Source of the DNA: Oculina patagonica
Lineage: Eukaryota
Direction: 5' to 3'
DNA length: 64,000 nt
Assembly: GCF_052425735.1 (NCBI RefSeq)
Contig: NC_135771.1
Span: 3,782,001-3,846,000 of the forward strand
Shown: piece after piece, positions 62,042 through 64,000 of the stretch
Position numbering within the stretch: position 1 is the first letter of the stretch
Layout: each line of letters opens with the position of its first letter
Program-made: the position numbers and the translations under genes
Notes under the pieces: model-generated
What the model saw: the letters and a program-made list of their open reading frames with translations, nothing else
Database searches by the model: none
Told to the model about the DNA's origin: nothing

Positions 62042-64000
62042 GTAAGTAACTGTATTCAATGAATTATAATAGGGTTTAATTTAAATATGTCTAGTTAATT
62101 GATGTCTTCACGTTTCATTCACAACAATAGCAACATTATTGAATCCATTGTTGATTCTCGCTGTTGGAAAGCTTGGGAGTAGAGATTCGCTTAGAAATGC
62201 ATTAAAGCTTAATATCTGACTCAGTTGGCCAGTAAAATGTTTTTTTTTTCTTTTATAAGACTAGTTACACCTTTAACAATATCTGACAAAAAGACAATCG
62301 TGTCTAAACAGACGATTTCGAAAGCTTTACTCGGTTTGACATTTCCTGTAGTCAGTGTACTCAAACACATCTTTCGTTTTCCGGTTTACCCCTAACATCT
62401 GCTTTATTTTTATGCCATTGTATTCATCTAAAAACAGTGATCTTGTTTAAAAAATGTTATACAATGTTCACGAAATTAACTGAATTAATTTAAAAAGTGT
62501 GTATTGAATTTAAAATATTCATGATCACTTTGTTATATCAACATTGAACCACGCGACAGCGCACGCAAGAATTATTTATACCTTAACTATTTGAAGAATT
62601 TCCATTGCAATAAAGGCCCATTTTATAGTAAAAACGCATAATCCGTCTGGATAAAATTCTAGCTAGTGAAAGTGTCGCAGTTTAGTATAAAGACGGACAC
62701 GAGGCATGAATTATACGCTTTTGTGCGCCTCGGCATGAGCGGCAGAATATTAACTACAGGGATTAGCCCGTCTGATAGTTCATTCTGTCTTTACACAAGA
62801 CGTATAAAACAACAATTAGTCGGGACGGATTACTAAACATTAAACATAAAATCGGTCATTCTTTTAAAACGGTGTTTAAAAAGCGTGCAGCTATTTCTCT
62901 GGGGGTGGGGGATGGGGGTGGGAAGGAGAATTAAGGAGTCTGTCGCAACATACCAATTTATCGTATCCAACTCTCCAAAAACAGCCCAATATTGTAACAC
63001 TTGATCATTTCAGTAAACACTTCAGTTCCATTACAATACTAACATAATATTGATGAGCAAAATGGGACTTAAGTTAGGGAAGAAAGCAGATTCCTTTTCC
63101 CAATTATATGGCATAATAAACAATTTATCAGCAGTGAAAAACTTTTGAAAACAATTTCTCAAACTCATTAATAATTCATCAAATTAAAACAAAGGAAATC
63201 ATAACCTTGAAAGAGGTTTGGATAGATATTTACAGTTTTATTTCTCTGGCCATATACTCCGGATATATAAAACACAAGAGACTGTAACTCCGCTGCTCAT
63301 GGTATTCCCAACTCTCTTCTCAGTGTTTGGATATTCCGATGAAACACTGTGTCTTGTGTTTGATATATTACATATAACGTACAGTCCGTTTTCAGACCAA
63401 ATTTTAGGTGTGGGAATAAAAGGATCACTTAGGGTTTTGCCCAGGGGGGGGTACTCCGGCTTGTTAATGACGGGGATGATCGAAGGATTTTTTTGGGTTT
63501 GAAATTTTTCGATTCCGGGATTTTTTTGGGCTGGAAAATTTGGCGAGTATTTTTTTGGGTATCTTGATTTAGGGCCTGTTTACATGGAAGGCGGGTGCCC
63601 CGGCTAACCAAGTTACCCGGCTAACCGAGCTACCCTGGGTGAGCCAACTTTTCATACGTTTCCTAAGAAAATGTATTGAAGCCTTAATTTACATGCTAGA
63701 AGGGTAACCCGCCTTGCCGGGGCACTCAGTTTACTTGCCCGGGGCACCCTTCTAGGCGGGATAGCTTTTTGCCGTGTAAACGGTTATGCCCGAGCAATCC
63801 CGGCCGGGATAAGTTTTCGCGCGTGTTTTTAAACTAAATTTGAAGTTAATGGCATAAAATGTATAAATTCTGGACCCAAACAGTGCTATTTGATCAAAAT
63901 TTGTTTTATCAGTCGGCTGGAAATATTTCTTTGAGCAACAGCTAATTAATTCGAAATTTTCGTGGGAATGATTATCCTTATTCACGACACAACAAATTTA

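Overview
Animal genomic DNA. The repeat families and histone/lectin sequences suggest an anthozoan cnidarian, probably a stony coral (inference). 4.2-46.6 kb holds four tandem + strand genes for secreted two-domain SUEL/rhamnose-binding lectins with the same four-coding-exon layout, interrupted by many transposons: an AcademH-like helicase transposon relic, a 5'-truncated L2/CR1-type LINE with an open ORF2, long foldback elements, hAT/Tc1/Kolobok-like MITEs and tRNA-derived SINEs. 47.6-53.7 kb holds one replication-dependent histone quintet (H1, H3, H4, H2A, H2B) whose 3' stem-loops lack the usual top U-A pair. Next come an intronless ORF for a probably N-acylated protein ending in a VxPx-like motif, and the first coding exon of a PAP2/PLPP lipid phosphate phosphatase. 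The most notable unannotated signals are predicted self-cleaving RNAs: a complete HDV-like ribozyme with a large J1/2 insertion (37751-37939, minus), a minimal type I hammerhead with an intact core (54720-54764, minus) and a degenerate hammerhead (43531-43570, minus). All calls were made by eye, with no database searches.
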